A DNA stretch of 61,249 nt, counting the filler, from Sphacelaria rigidula (taxonomy: Eukaryota): NCBI GenBank assembly GCA_964200075.2. It is 9 parts of 9 records of this genome, joined end to end, with 100 filler letters (N's around TTAATTAATTAA, not from the genome) between each part and the next. Parts side by side here need not be neighbours in the genome. Positions count along the whole stretch, not along the records: positions 6,818 to 13,534 come from CAXNAA020018445.1; positions 13,635 to 20,351 come from CAXNAA020018446.1; positions 20,452 to 27,168 come from CAXNAA020018447.1; 6 more parts are not named here. The stretch is one strand, 5' to 3'. The notes below the pieces were generated by a model, which did no database searches, was not told where the DNA came from, and was given only the letters and a program-made list of their open reading frames with translations. Below are positions 12,225-25,302 of the stretch, piece by piece. Each line of letters begins with the position of its first letter. Within the stretch, counting starts at the first letter, position 1. Both the position numbers and the translations under genes were made by a program.

Positions 12225-13834
12225 GTGCGTGCGCGTACCTTTTTTGTTCCTTGTGGACGCGCGCTCGTGATGTATATTTGATGTTGTAAGGACGACTAAC
12301 ACACTCACACGATCCACTCAAGTTTCTCGTCAAGCTGTCGCCGTGGCTTACGTGGCAACATGGTACTCCTCCTACTTTAGTTTTTGTTGAACTCATTACA
12401 AGCTCGTGGGCCCAAGTGGGGGTCGGGTGGGATTAGTGGCACCGTAGCGTAGATCTGGCGGCCTTGGGTTGGTCGGTGATATCCTGTTGGTGGCGTTTGT
12501 ATTTAGTCCCAACGTGTCCAGCTGACATCTCGTTTTGACGTTCAATCCAAAACCACGCCACAACCAGGTCAACGCAGCAGCCATTCTATTCCTTCTGCTA
12601 AATAGTAAGGTTTCTTCCCCCGCTAATATGTATTACATGGTGTTCGTGAGTATCAGAGGGCACCACTCGCCAATTCAGAAGCATGTGTCTTCCTATTTAT
12701 TTCCGTTTTTTTTCTTCGCTCGAAAGGCTAATGATTCAGTTAACGCACCCCCTTGCCATGCGCCGGAGAGCATCGCTGGTGTGCGCAACATTTGATGACG
12801 TTCCAATCAATCATCAACATCTGTATATAAGGGAAAATACCTAGCTGATTGCACTGCGATGCACACGGGCAATTTTTATGAGGTGAAAAACCTATTTCTC
12901 GAGCTGAGGGTCGCACAGTTGAGTTTTCGCGATATTAAGTAGAGTTTTTTGCGTATTTTACCCAGGCACTTTTCTGGGACAGTCGACACCAGAAAACTGA
13001 TGTTTTCGACAGTTGCAATGACAACTCCGAATCGAAAATCGAAGAGTACCCGAGTTTTTTTATCCCAAAACTTGATGAAAAAATTCGACAGCTATGTTCT
13101 CAAGACTTTTCGGAAACAAAATAAGCCGGGGTGTAGTTCCCCAGTGATTGACGTGACACCGAAAAACTGATACTATTAGTAATTGAAGTACTGAAAAAGT
13201 GAAGATTTGGCTGTTCCACATTTGCTTCTCACACTTGATTGTCAAGACAACAGCAACTGAATCGAAATATCTACAGCCAGGTCCTCAAGACTTTTTGGAT
13301 GCGAAAGTAACTGTGGCGTAGCCCTTCTTCCAAGATGAAACCATGATATCACCTTTTTGGGCAGGTCATGTCCGGGCCTCTTGATTCCCCCCCTCCTCGT
13401 TACAGTAGGGAGAGAACGATGGCTCTACTAAGAGATAGATGGTAGCCAGAGACGGCGAAACAGGACGGGGATAAGATATGTAGAAGGTTTTTGTGCAATG
13501 TATGGAAGAAACGTAATGAGCGCCGGAATGTTGANNNNNNNNNNNNNNNNNNNNNNNNNNNNNNNNNNNNNNNNNNNNTTAATTAATTAANNNNNNNNNN
13601 NNNNNNNNNNNNNNNNNNNNNNNNNNNNNNNNNNTCTTTTTTTTTTTCTTGTTTTTGTGCGCTTTTGTTAGTGTCTTTTTTTGTTGTTTTTTTTTATTGG
13701 GTGGGGGGGTGGGGGGGGGGGGAGGCGTACCCATTCGTTGCTTGCCTTAAGTCTCTGAAACCGTCACAGACCATTGACCACGCATCTCTTTCGAGACGGA
13801 GCACCGTTCCCACTCGGGGGAGGGGGGGGGGGGG

Positions 13835-16800
13835 CGTGTACTTAATTGGTCCTCGACTTTGTCATTTGATCGTTGACCACGAATTTGTTTCGAGACGGAG
13901 CACTGCTCCCACTCCCAATTGAGACACCTCCGAGATTTGGGTGCTCGCCACGTTTCTTGCATACATTACACAACAAACGTTTACATATCGTATCCCCTCC
14001 CTCTTCGCCGTCTATAGCCACCACTTATCTCCTAGTATAGCGATCGTCCCCCCCTACTTCGTAATGTACCAAACGATTCCATGCCACCTTCGTTTACTTC
14101 CCACATTTCCCCCTCCAACACTAGTACGTCCCGTTTCTCCTTGTATAGTTCACATTCTGCCACTTCATGAGTGCCCTACCCTTCATTCCTTTGCCGCAGG
14201 GACAATGCTGCGCATCTGCCCCCTCTTCCACCAGACTACCGGTATATCTCCTTCTTTCTGGCAGATTCCGGTCCCCCACCCGAAATCGCACTTTCAAGTT
14301 TTTTGGTTATTTCATTTAACCCTGTAGATTTGTTTTCATCCCTATACCCTCTCTCAACCTCTTGATATCTTCAGGTGCTCTTCCTCGTCTGCGTTCCAAT
14401 TTACCACCCGTCTTTCCACATTTCCATAATGTCTCTTTCTTGTGTAATGTACCCCCCACACTCACCTTCGAACAGCCTGGATCTGGTTTTGAGGTTCAGC
14501 ATTTGGGTGAGGTTCAGCTCGAAAGCAGTGCTTTCCCTCACCTACAGTCATCACCAATGCATTTCATACGGACAACCTCATGCCCGCCGACCTCCTTGAA
14601 ACTATTTGTGGGGGTTGCCCGTCTTCCGTGCCTTCAAAGCGTATGTGCGAAACCACATTTTTGCCTCGATATCGGGGCGAAAAAGGGGACGTTTTTAGCC
14701 CGAAATTGGCGCTATCGCATATACGCTTTGGGGGCACAGAAGACGGGCAACCCCCAAAAATAGTTTCAAGGAGGTCGGGGGGCATGAGGTCGTCGACATT
14801 AAATTCATTGGTCATGACTGTAGGTCAGGAGAAGCACTGTTTTCGAGTTGAACCTCACCCAAATGTTGAACCTCAAAAACGGGTCCAGGCTGTTCATGGA
14901 CACTGTCTCGTCTTGGTTTCCATTCATACCCTTCCGTAATTCCTCAACCATACTATCCCACCTTATTCCAGCCTGCCCCTTCGTCACTTTATTCTATGCA
15001 GCCCTATCAACTATGGCGGACAATCTCTTCTTTGGCATGCCCTTACGCTGTGTTGCCACTCCGATTTTATCATGCCTCTATTCCTTTTAAGTGGGTACGT
15101 TCGCAAATCTGCTCTCAATACTATATTACCCGTCATTTTTGAGGACCCTAGTATTTTCTTAGCTGCTGTCATCTGAATTGTTTTCCGTTGCTGCACCAAC
15201 TCGCGTCCCCTTCCCACACCTCTCCTGCATATTCCCGCTTCGGTACAATGATTCATCAGAATACACCATCTCTTAATTCTAGTATCGAGGTGCGAGTCTC
15301 TTAGGATCAGGTACATTTCGCCTATCTGTGCCTTGCCTTTCCCTGTTACTTTGCCTATATGCGTGCATCTCAAGAACAGTTTCTTGGTATCTCTATGTCT
15401 ATGTATGCATATTGGTAGGCGATCGGCAATTCCTCTCCTCCTCACTCCCATTAAGCTCTAGCATGTTTTCATTTTCTTCGCTCCATACAATTACCGCGCA
15501 TGTTTCTGCGTTCGCTGCCATTCTCCACTTCTTGGTGTATTCTAGCGCCATCTCCATTTGTTTCTGCGATCCTTCTCGTGCTTTTTATATCCCCACAAAA
15601 TCATTCGCGAACATCAATCTCGATACCTATCTTCTCCTACCCTGACTCCTTGCTTTGCGGCCTCTATTGCTAGCATCATGTCATCAATAAATACATTGAA
15701 TGAAGTGGGTGATAACGCACATCCTTCTGCAGCTCCTTGTGAAAATCATCACCTTTCGATATTCCCTATCTAGCGTCACAGCACTTCTCGCACAGTCTGT
15801 GATGGTTTCCACTATTTTCTATATCTTTCCTCTGATGCCAGTATCCCGCATCTTTCTCCACAGCCCGTATCATACGCCTTCTGTACGTCTAGAAAGAAAC
15901 AGAACGCTATCAGCCCTGTGTCTTCCCTACTTTAAACAACGTCACCTAATGTGTACATATGATCTACGCAGCTACAGTTTGGTCTGCAGCCTGCTTGCCC
16001 CTTGCCGATTGTGTCTTCCTTCTCCAGCATTATTTCCACTCTGTCGTTCAGAATGTTATAGAGTGCTCTTCCTACGGTGCCCAGTATCGTAACCTCTTTA
16101 TGATTTCCGAGGCCAGTCTTGTCTCCCTTCTTAAGGAAGTATATTACTACTCCTTACCTCCACCTCTTGGGTATGTACTCGTTTTTCCAGATCCAATTAT
16201 ACATCATAAGCATCATGGCTACCATTCCCTCTGCCCCGTACTTGCGAAATGCATTCACTACTTCGCCTGGCCCTGCTGCCTTTCTACTTTTGGCTTAGCT
16301 ACGCACTCCACTACTTCGTCTCTTATGAACTCTCTCTGCAGTTCTTTTGATTCACTATCTTCCCGTTTAGATGACTCGACATTTGCCTCTGCCTACGCCT
16401 TGGGTTCTTTGTTGAATATCGCGTCGACCTTCTCGTAAGTTGCTGATATCTCTATAGCTTTCGGTAGTGCTCTACTAGTATTTCTTTCTTCTCTTTCGAA
16501 CTACTGCCCATTTTACCGTTCGGTGCTTTTAGTGTCATCTATGTCCTTGTCTGCCTCAGTCCAGTATCCCTCTTATCCCTACACACATTTGCTTCATCCC
16601 ACCATCAAAGTCTTCATCTCTTTCATGAATTTCATATTTCCATGTCCACTTCTTTTTCTTCTTCCCTATATATTTTACCTTTTTTCTAGCTTTATCATAC
16701 TCCTCCCGCTCTACTGTAGTTTTTCTCGATGTGTATCCTGCGTGGGCCTCTCTCCTGACTCTCATGGTCTCTTTTACTTCCTCATCCCACCATTTTACTA

Positions 16801-18230
16801 TTCTGTTGATTATAATCAGTTTCTTCCTATTGACTTCACTTGCTATGGTGTTGACCACTTACTACCATTCTTCTGCAATCTTCGCTCCTCCCCGACCCCT
16901 TTCTGTTTCCTCATTTGCTGTACCTATTATCTCTGACAGCTTGGGAATTTCATTGCATTTTTGTCCATCTCGTCTTGGAACTCTTTCCGTTTCTATTTCT
17001 AATTTCTAGCAAAATACCTATTCCACTTTCACAACTTCCTACCACGCCTCTTTTTATAATTCCCGTCTGTTGGCTGTCTGACAATATAAGGCACTATTCC
17101 GCAGTTCCTGCGTCCACTACGTATACATGTACTTCCATTGCCTTATTCTATCACCATTTAGTCAAGAATTGAGCTTGTTCTCTCTTGTATGCATTCTCCC
17201 GTAAATCTGCGGGTCTGACCTGTACATTCTGTTGTCCAACGTCTTCATCTCGTTACTCTCAAGAAACTCAAATATCTCTACTCCATTTGTATTTTTCTTC
17301 GTTTCCCCGTATCGCCCAATATCACCGTTCGGTTGGCTTGCTTTTTCAGCCCTTGCATTAAAATCTTCGACGATAATTACTTCTCCTCACCTTCAATACT
17401 TCTGTAGATCTGTTGCCATCTCTCCGAACTTCCTCTGTATATCCTTTACCGTAATTCTCGACCCTCAGAGCGTATTGACGTTTCCGAAGAAAAAGTATTC
17501 CGTTCCCCGCTCTCCTGGTACCCGTATTTATACGTTCTGGTCGAAAATTGTGTGTTTGGTCACTTCTATGATGCCCCACGGGTACTCCTTGACCTACTTC
17601 ATTTCTTCCCCTTTCTTTCTTTCCCTCTCCAAGCGTACTCTCCAACTTTGCGTCCCATTTCCTCCCTACGTTTGTCTCATGAGTCTCGGATTCCCACTAT
17701 ATCTGGGTCGTGCTCACTCTCTTGTTCGGCTCTCTCTAACCCCTAGCGCTCTCCCGTAGCGAAGCCGCCACACATTCTACGATCCTTTTGTCCGCTTCAT
17801 TTTCGACTCATTATCCACTCTCCTTTTGTTTATTGTTCTCTCGCCGTCGTTTTTACTTCTTTCCTTCCGTACTTCTTCTTTCTTTCCGCTTTTTGGTTTG
17901 GTCTTCTTCTGTTTGCCGCAGGGCGCTATCCCCTCCTTGCCCCCCACCTTCCTTCCCTCTAGGGTATTTACTCGTTGCTGCTTCTCCTTACCTCCGTTTA
18001 CCCGAGGGCTACGTGTTGGCTTCGCTGTTCCAATGGCTAGACGTGCTCTCGATCCTGCCCTTCGAACCCATTCCGATACTTCAGTCGTCTCTATCCTCTC
18101 CCACCCCTTGCTGGCTCTCTGTTTCAGTGTGACTCGGAAATGTTCTCCCACTCTTGCTACATTTCCTGCTGCTACACGGTACGCTCCAGCCGTCCTACGA
18201 TCAAATCTTCTCTCTTCTCTCCCCACTGCT
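13835..18230 (-). mobile_element. Decayed non-LTR retrotransposon (LINE) with APE endonuclease and reverse transcriptase remnants
   Basis: Minus-strand fragments: GEVIIVEDFNARAEKA..GRYGETKKNTNG (APE, ~17270-17390); KWWDEEVK (~16780); LSPTSFNVFIDDM and a degenerate F-A-D/N-D-F-V core (RT, ~15590-15715). Many stops and frameshifts. 3' end runs into a C-tract. Confidence 0.88.
14470..14895. mobile_element. Foldback/MITE with ~190-bp inverted arms inserted in the LINE
   Basis: GAACAGCCTGGA...TCCAGGCTGTTC termini; arms pair almost throughout; LINE sequence resumes on both sides. Confidence 0.8.
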
Positions 18231-18859
18231 GTACTCGTTGCTTTCCTCCGAGGAGATCATTTTTACGGTGAAAGGTTCAAGGACGGCTTGCATAACACGA
18301 AGTGGTTCTCACACATGGACATGTCCCGTACACCATTTCTTCCACTTTCATGTTCGGTTCACCATGGGTCGCTACCCAACTGATGCTCCCGAGTAGACCT
18401 TCGCTGCCGAAAGCTTGGCTAACGATTTTCCAACATTTTGAGCCAGCTCATGCTTTTTTAAGATCTCAAGATGTCCACGTGCCGCTCAGTTCTCCTTCTT
18501 GTTGGCCATGTGGTCGGTCATTAGCAAGGTGTTTCTTTCATGAGTGCAGTAGGTTTTGATGTTCTTCTTATTCTTCATCCATCTCTTCTATTCATTTGAC
18601 GTCTGTGCACCTATTGTCGGTGATTTGGGGACAATGTCTGATCAGATTTTCACTTCTCAATGGAAATCGGTCTAAGTATTCCGGACACCGCGAGACCCAA
18701 CCTTCATGTGAAATTGACATGTCGGGGTGACCTTATTATATCTGTGTGTGTTATATCTTTTCCGTGTGTTTCGATTTTGCATGCCTGAACTCTGATATCT
18801 TTTATGCCATACCTTTATTACGATATGGGGGACGGAGTCTGCATTGTCTCTCATGTTGG

Positions 18860-19800
18860 TATGGCGAAATATTGAACGGTTAGTTCGGCTGTTTCATGTT
18901 CATATCCTGTCTGCGTTCTGGGCAACGCATAACAATTTGGTGAGCTTTGTTGTTTCATGTCTATGTCCGGTCTGTGTCTTGGATAGTGTAGAAAAAACGG
19001 TCAGCTTTACTATTTTATGTCTATATCCGGGCTATGTCCTGGTTTGTGCAAAGAAAAGTATGGTCAGCTTCGTTATGTCGTGTCGATATCCAGTCTGTGT
19101 GTAGTGCAAAGAAAAATGGCCAGCTTCATTTTTTGTGCCTATGTCCGGGGCGTGTTCCGGTAGTACTGAGAAAAACATGGCTAGCTTCTTTATTTCATGT
19201 CTATATCCGAACTGTATTCTGGTAGGGAAAAATAAAAATGGTCTGCTTCGTTATTTCGCGCCTGCATCCGGACTGTGTTCTGATGATGAAGGGAAAATAC
19301 AGTCATCTTCGTTATTCCCCGTCTATATCCGGGCTGCGTTTTGGTATTAATAGTGCAAGGATGAAAATGGTTGGCTTCTATATTTCATGTCTATGTCCGG
19401 TCTGTGTTCTGGCTGGTGCACAGAGAAAAATGGCCAGCTTCTGTCTACATCCGGGCTGTGTTCTGGTTACCGCAAAGAAGAACTGTTCACTTCGTTATTT
19501 CATGTCTACATCCGGTCCGTGTTCCGGCAGTGCAAAGAAAAGAATAAATAGCTTCTTGATTTCATGCCCATGTTCGGGCTGTGTTTTGGTGACGCAAACA
19601 AAATATCGCTTGCTTCTTTTTTTCATGCCTGCATCTGACCTGTGTTCTGGTTAATGCAAAGAAAATTATGGTTGATTTCTTTTTTCATGGTTACATATGC
19701 TCTGCGTTCTGGCTAATACAAAGACAAGAACAGTTAGCTTCTTTATTTCATTACTACATCCGGTCTGTGCTGTAATATGGGAAAACAAAATCGGCCATTC
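18860..19800. repeat. Degenerate ~60-bp minisatellite, ~15 copies
   Basis: Periodic tttcatgtctat(a/g)tccgg(g/t)ctgtgttctggtagtgcaaagaaaaatggtcagcttc. Confidence 0.85.
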
Positions 19801-20599
19801 GAGTAATTTCATGACTTTTGTGTCTGTTAGTCTGGGAAAATGTTTGTTGTCCAGTATCGGTGTCTGGTATGTGTATGGTGATAGATTGTACATTTCATGT
19901 CAGGTTCCGGTAGCTTGTTTTTACAGCGTCATTGCCACTCGGCGCCAACCTAGCACTCTAGAAGAGGAGAGGTTGTGTGTGTGGGGGGGTTAGTAGTAGT
20001 TGTGAGGAGTGGTGATGGCGCTCTACCGAAAGGGAGGAAATCAAACGCACCTGCCGCGCCGGCTAGAAGCGTATGACTGAAAGGAATTAACAAAAAATAT
20101 ATACCTGCTAAAGAATACCTCCAAAACAAGACACGCGTGCGCCGGCCGCACCTGCTGAAGGAACTATTGAATATCAATTTCACCGTTCCATCTGCAAATC
20201 AAATGTCGACAGGTAATGGAGATCCTTATAGTTCTCACAAAACATTCGGAAAACAGCGAAATCTGGGGGGGGGGGAAGAAAGATAGGAAAAAAGAGAAAC
20301 CTAAGAACCTTAACGGAGGATACAAAAAAGGTAAAGAAAGAAAGAGCGGGGNNNNNNNNNNNNNNNNNNNNNNNNNNNNNNNNNNNNNNNNNNNNTTAAT
20401 TAATTAANNNNNNNNNNNNNNNNNNNNNNNNNNNNNNNNNNNNNNNNNNNNTTAAGGGTCACAGTGCTAAGGTACAACACGAGTGCGCCCCCCCCCCCCC
20501 CCCCCCCCCCCGAGTCTCTTGACTGTGCGTTTGCCTGGTGGGTGGTCTAGACCCAACGGCGATGCAACCCTAAACTTCTCGCCACCATCACAACGGGTC

Positions 20600-23000
20600 T
20601 CTGCGGGAACACTGAAGGTCAAGGACAGTTGACATCGTTATTTCACCGTTGTCTGCGACTCTATATATCGGAACGAGCTGTCGAGTGGTTCTCCAGTGGA
20701 GATGTACATTTTCGGTTTGAGGTTCTGTACTGTCGGAGTGTCTGGATGACAAAAATCTGGGCCTCAATGTGCAGCCTCAGAACACTTTGGGCTAAAAGTG
20801 CACGCCTACGGTAGAATCCCTCTGTTGACAACTTCGACAACCATGCCCCCCGTTATTGTGGCCCCAGAGGACCAGTGAACTCTGACAGGCAACCTGAAGT
20901 GAAATAGTATGGAAAGAAGTCATCGATGTCGGCGTGTGGTTCATTCGCGTGCGGCAGGCGGAACAAAGCGTTCGGTAAGACGTGCTGGGCTCCGTCTCGC
21001 CACTGGAGGTCTGCGTCGTACTCCATTAGTCTACTCGCTGGGCCAGCCTAGAAGAGGGTCTGGACGTTGAAAACAGATTCTTACCTCAATTTTGGGAGTT
21101 GCACGTGAAGATTTTTTACGGAGAATCAATAGAGCAAAATAGAAGTGTAGTATGATATCTTGAGATATTTTCTCATGAGTCAAGGGCAAAAACCAAGATC
21201 CAGTGTTTCCTGAAACGTCTCTAACTCATGAAACATTCCCGAAGTCCCAAAATTATTTTTTGATATGCCCCTGCGATTTTCCACGCCAAAAATTGAACTA
21301 GAACTCTCAAAATCGAAATGAGGATTTCAGATTTACATGTTGGGCCAGCCTACAAACGGAGCTGTATGTTGTAGGGCATTTAGCAGCTCGGTTTCGAGAC
21401 TTGTGCTTCGAAAAACTTGTGTGGAGAATGACAAGGGTACACTCACAGTGATAAAAGCTGCCGGATGCAGAGTTTTCCCCCCGGTGAGTTAGCATGTTAC
21501 AGTGTAACAAGAACCATTTTTCACGGGGACATCCTTAACTCACGAAAAAAGAATCGAAACCTAGTTCTGTTTTCGTTTCTTGTTTGATCTCGCGATTATC
21601 CAGACTAAAGTTCAAAGCACAACTTCAAAATATGGGCTGAGAAACTGAGTCGAGAGCAAAAATTAATTTCATTTTCTCACGAAAATGCCCTCAACTGATG
21701 GAAAAAAAGTCAAGATCGCAAACGTTTTGTTCTCAGTTTGCCCTTACGATACTCCATAATTTCAAACCGTGACTCTTAAAACTGAAACGAGAAATCCAGA
21801 ATAGTGCATTGATAACTCCGTTCGAATTATAGTGACTTTAGTATTATAGAATCTAACGTGTGCCATATCCCTAGCTAGATAAAGAATAAGGCGAAGGTGA
21901 GGTTATCGATCCTTTCCCCGTCCGTCCGGGAATTTTCACGCAAAAAATCATCAACCGCTGTAGATTCTGTTCCGGGGTTCTGTCGGACTTCAGTGCGGAG
22001 ATATCTTCGTGCACGTTACGGGGTTTACTCGACATGTCGCTTAATCAACAAGAAAAAAATAGACGGGCTTTCGAGCATATGGATATCAGACCCTTGATAA
22101 TAGACGATCAACAAGATCTGCGGTTCACGGCCCAATTTGTTTGCGCCGATGACATATCGCTGTGAGAGGTCAGTTTCTAGGCTGGCCTAGCTGATAACGG
22201 CCCATCTGTGTAGTTTGGAGCACAAATTACGGCTACAAAACGATCCTATCAGAGCTGAGCAGTCAGTCACCAGCCTAAAACCTTCAACCGGCTACATACG
22301 GTCAGAGATATTGGACCCCCTACACTATGGCCATGCGTTCCCGTTTCGTAGGTGCTCTACGTGCGTCGGTGCGAGAGGATGTGTGACTGGTGGAAGCTAC
22401 GATGCACGTTCCGCCCCTCACCAACTGCACCAATACCGCCCCTTCCCCGGCCATGCTCGCGTTGGTCTGCAACACTGGAAATCCGAGTTCGATTCTCGGA
22501 TTGGTCACCATGACACAACTTGAATACTCTGTATATCCAAAGACACGTGATATTGTAAGCGTGCACGGGTTACACAGTACTGACTGACTGAATCTCAGCG
22601 TGACAATCATCACGAATGAGCACAAAGCGTTGGAGTTCAAGTCACGCACTGTATCAGGCCTGATTTCACCACCAGTGAATGGGAAGTGCAAGCACAAGGA
22701 GAACCCCTCAAGAACATGGCAGCTGATAACGCGTTGTATTAGTTGGTGAACAGACCTCGTAGCTGTTGCTTGGGTAAGCTTGTGTCTGGGGCCAACAGGA
22801 GGAACCTCTCAACCTATGGGTTGAGATATGACAATCTTGTACACTAGCTACGTCTTTCAAGTTAGCCTCTACTCATACGGTCGACATCACCCGTAACACT
22901 TCGCCCATTGTTCAGAGTGGGTTGACCGAACAATCCATTGTTCAGGTCAAAACTGTAGAGATCAGAACGTATGGTCCGGGATCTGAAGGAAAAGAGACGA
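20600..23000 (-). mobile_element. Decayed Ty3/Gypsy pol (RT/RNase H region), interrupted at 21034-22194
   Basis: Minus strand: VLQTNASMAGEGAVLVQ...IVASTSHT...PTKRERMAIV...FRLVTDCSAL...SRNLCSKLHRWAV|RLMEYDADLQWRDGAQHVLPNALFRLP, the Gypsy RNase H motif series. Confidence 0.85.
21034..22194. mobile_element. Non-autonomous TA-targeting DNA transposon (Tc1/mariner-like), 1161 bp
   Basis: TIRs CTCGCTGGGCCAGCCTAGAA / TTCTAGGCTGGCCTAGCTGA with TA on both sides. Removing it plus one TA restores the Gypsy frame RWAVRLMEY. Confidence 0.85.
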
Positions 23001-24679
23001 TCTGGTTTCCACGAACACGATGTTGACATTTGGTTTCTTTTAGGCCATACAATAAGAAAAGCAAATGACCTCCTAGCAATCGAAAATAAAGGCGCCGTTC
23101 TGCAAAGTGAGAGTCGAGGAACACGAGGACATCACCTAGGGTTTTGAAGAGGCACGAGAGGGCGCTCGAAATCGAGTTTCAAAATGCGACCAGTTTGTCA
23201 GTCTCTTCATGTTGAAAAAAAGCCTGGAGAAAAGGACGTTATGTCTTCGTCATCACTTTGAGATTACTAGCCACATTCACGTAAACTTCCGGCATTGCAC
23301 CCGTCGAGAATCCGACAACCACTCAGTCTGCCGGCCAAGGCTACCTTTACTGGCACGGCCTCATCCGCAGCTACCTGTGATGTTCGACTCCACTCGCGTC
23401 ACGAGTTGTGCACGCCAACGATGCCTATATCCACTTACTCAACAGTCACACGCCGACTCAAGCACTACCGCAGGGCGTGATGTGTGACACTTGTCTTGGT
23501 GATGGGAGAAGAGTCTACGATACATTTGGCGTCGTGAGATAAGAAGCCTTGATGCTTCGCAAATCGTGTGCAACTTCCTCCTTGTTGCTATTTCAGGAAA
23601 ACGTAATTACCAGGGTGGATCCCGGTCCTAGGACTCCTATATGCGGCAGGTATCACCCCCCGCACGCCCCTTAGAATGTTCGTCATGGACGGGAAGTACC
23701 GTCACCTTGAGTCATAGTCCATCCCAGTCGCCATAATGTCGTCATACTCCGAGGATTCATAAGAAGCACACCTCACCCATCACCGTCGTCACTTCACTCC
23801 ACTCCTCCACCCTGGTCCTTCCCCGAAATTTCGTATCGCTCCACACATACACATGCACATGTACCCGATGAAGATCAGCCTCGTCCCCGTGGACCACTGT
23901 CCCTGACCCGCGAGGGTACCATACCTACCGTCTGGGAGCGGTATCCCCAAACACCCTCAAATAAGTGTTTCTCTATACGAATAAAGTGGCAAATATTGCT
24001 TGGTGGAAACATCTTAGAAGGACAAGTTGTAGCATCATTCGACGATGATGACCTAGCGCAAATATTACGTTTTGGAACTTCGGAAACGCTCCCCGCCGGC
24101 TATCCCTCCTCCCGTCCGCCTGCCGATGCCAAGTTTACCGCCCGGTAGCATGTTTCCAAAAGTTCCACGTATTACTACTGCTGGTCCGCCTACTACTACT
24201 GTTACATACAGCAGTCTATGTTATCTAGCCAGCCCCCACAACCATGGTATATTGATATAGACTACGTTGCAGCAAGCATCCTGCGCATGCGCTCGGTTGC
24301 GTATGCCTGACTTTTTCGTTGCACTCGACCACCGATACATACCAAGAAAAACTTCCTACGCAATCTGCGATCACCACGTGCGCGTGCCCATCACGAAATC
24401 TACCACCACTAGTGGTAGCGCGCGCGCCGTCGCCGGTTTTACGGGGTCCCACCGGCCCTCACATAAGCGCTGTTGTTCCGGCTACTCCCGCGGGCGCTGC
24501 CGCCTCCAACGCCCTTTCCGCTGCCCGCTGTTTTTGACTCCTCGTCTGACGAGTTATCGTCCCCGACACAATGGTCGTAGCATCTGCAGTCGAGGGGGCA
24601 GGGGGTGAGGGGAGTTGCTTGAAACGCGCGAGTATACGCAGTAGTGTGTCCCCTTAAGGTCGCCTAGTGCGCGCCGAAA

Positions 24680-25302
24680 CAAGGGCCTTATTATGCATAG
24701 ATAATACAAGTTATGCTGTCGACCAAATGTCTTCCCTGCAGACAGGTGTCAATGTGCTCTAGACGTCTGAGAAGCCAGCATTTCGCCTTCGCTTGATTTT
24801 GGACTACTATCATATATCATTTTCGTCAAATGCCTCTTTGTGCAGACAGATGTCATTTCGCTCTAGACGTCCGAGGAAGCAGAATTTTGCCTTTACTTGG
24901 TTTTGGAGTACGTCCACACCGGGTGTCTTTTACACTTACTGCTCGACATCATTTTCGGGTGCCCCTTCGCTGATCTTCTTCTCTCCTGCATTTCACTGGA
25001 CATTCGGGTCCGTTCTGTTTCTTTTCTGTATGCGCTGCCTGCTCTTTTTCGCGTTCATGTGTATGTATATATATGTATTGTAAGTGGCGCTCAAAATCTG
25101 TACACAAAGAAGTAAGTAACGCTCAAAAACTGTCCGCGAAGAAGTGAACGGCACTCGAATCTGTGCTTTTGTGTGCGTGGTGAAGCTGAAACCTACCCTT
25201 CGAAGTTGTCTTGCTCGTTTTCTTCCCCTTCGAACTCTTCCTCGCCAGAGCTATCCCCCGTGCACCCGTAGCTGTCTGTTACCACGCCTGTGGGACGTGA
25301 CA
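24680..25302 (-). mobile_element. Possible 5' LTR of the Gypsy element
   Basis: Minus strand begins TGTCAC, is non-coding, and is followed by a PBS-like (t)cggcgcgcac and GC-rich gag-like sequence towards pol. No second LTR is available to confirm. Confidence 0.3.

Noticed and set aside
18860..19800. CRISPR-like array (~60-bp period)
   Set aside because: Whole units are homologous and degenerate, with no unique spacers and no cas genes; eukaryotic minisatellite.
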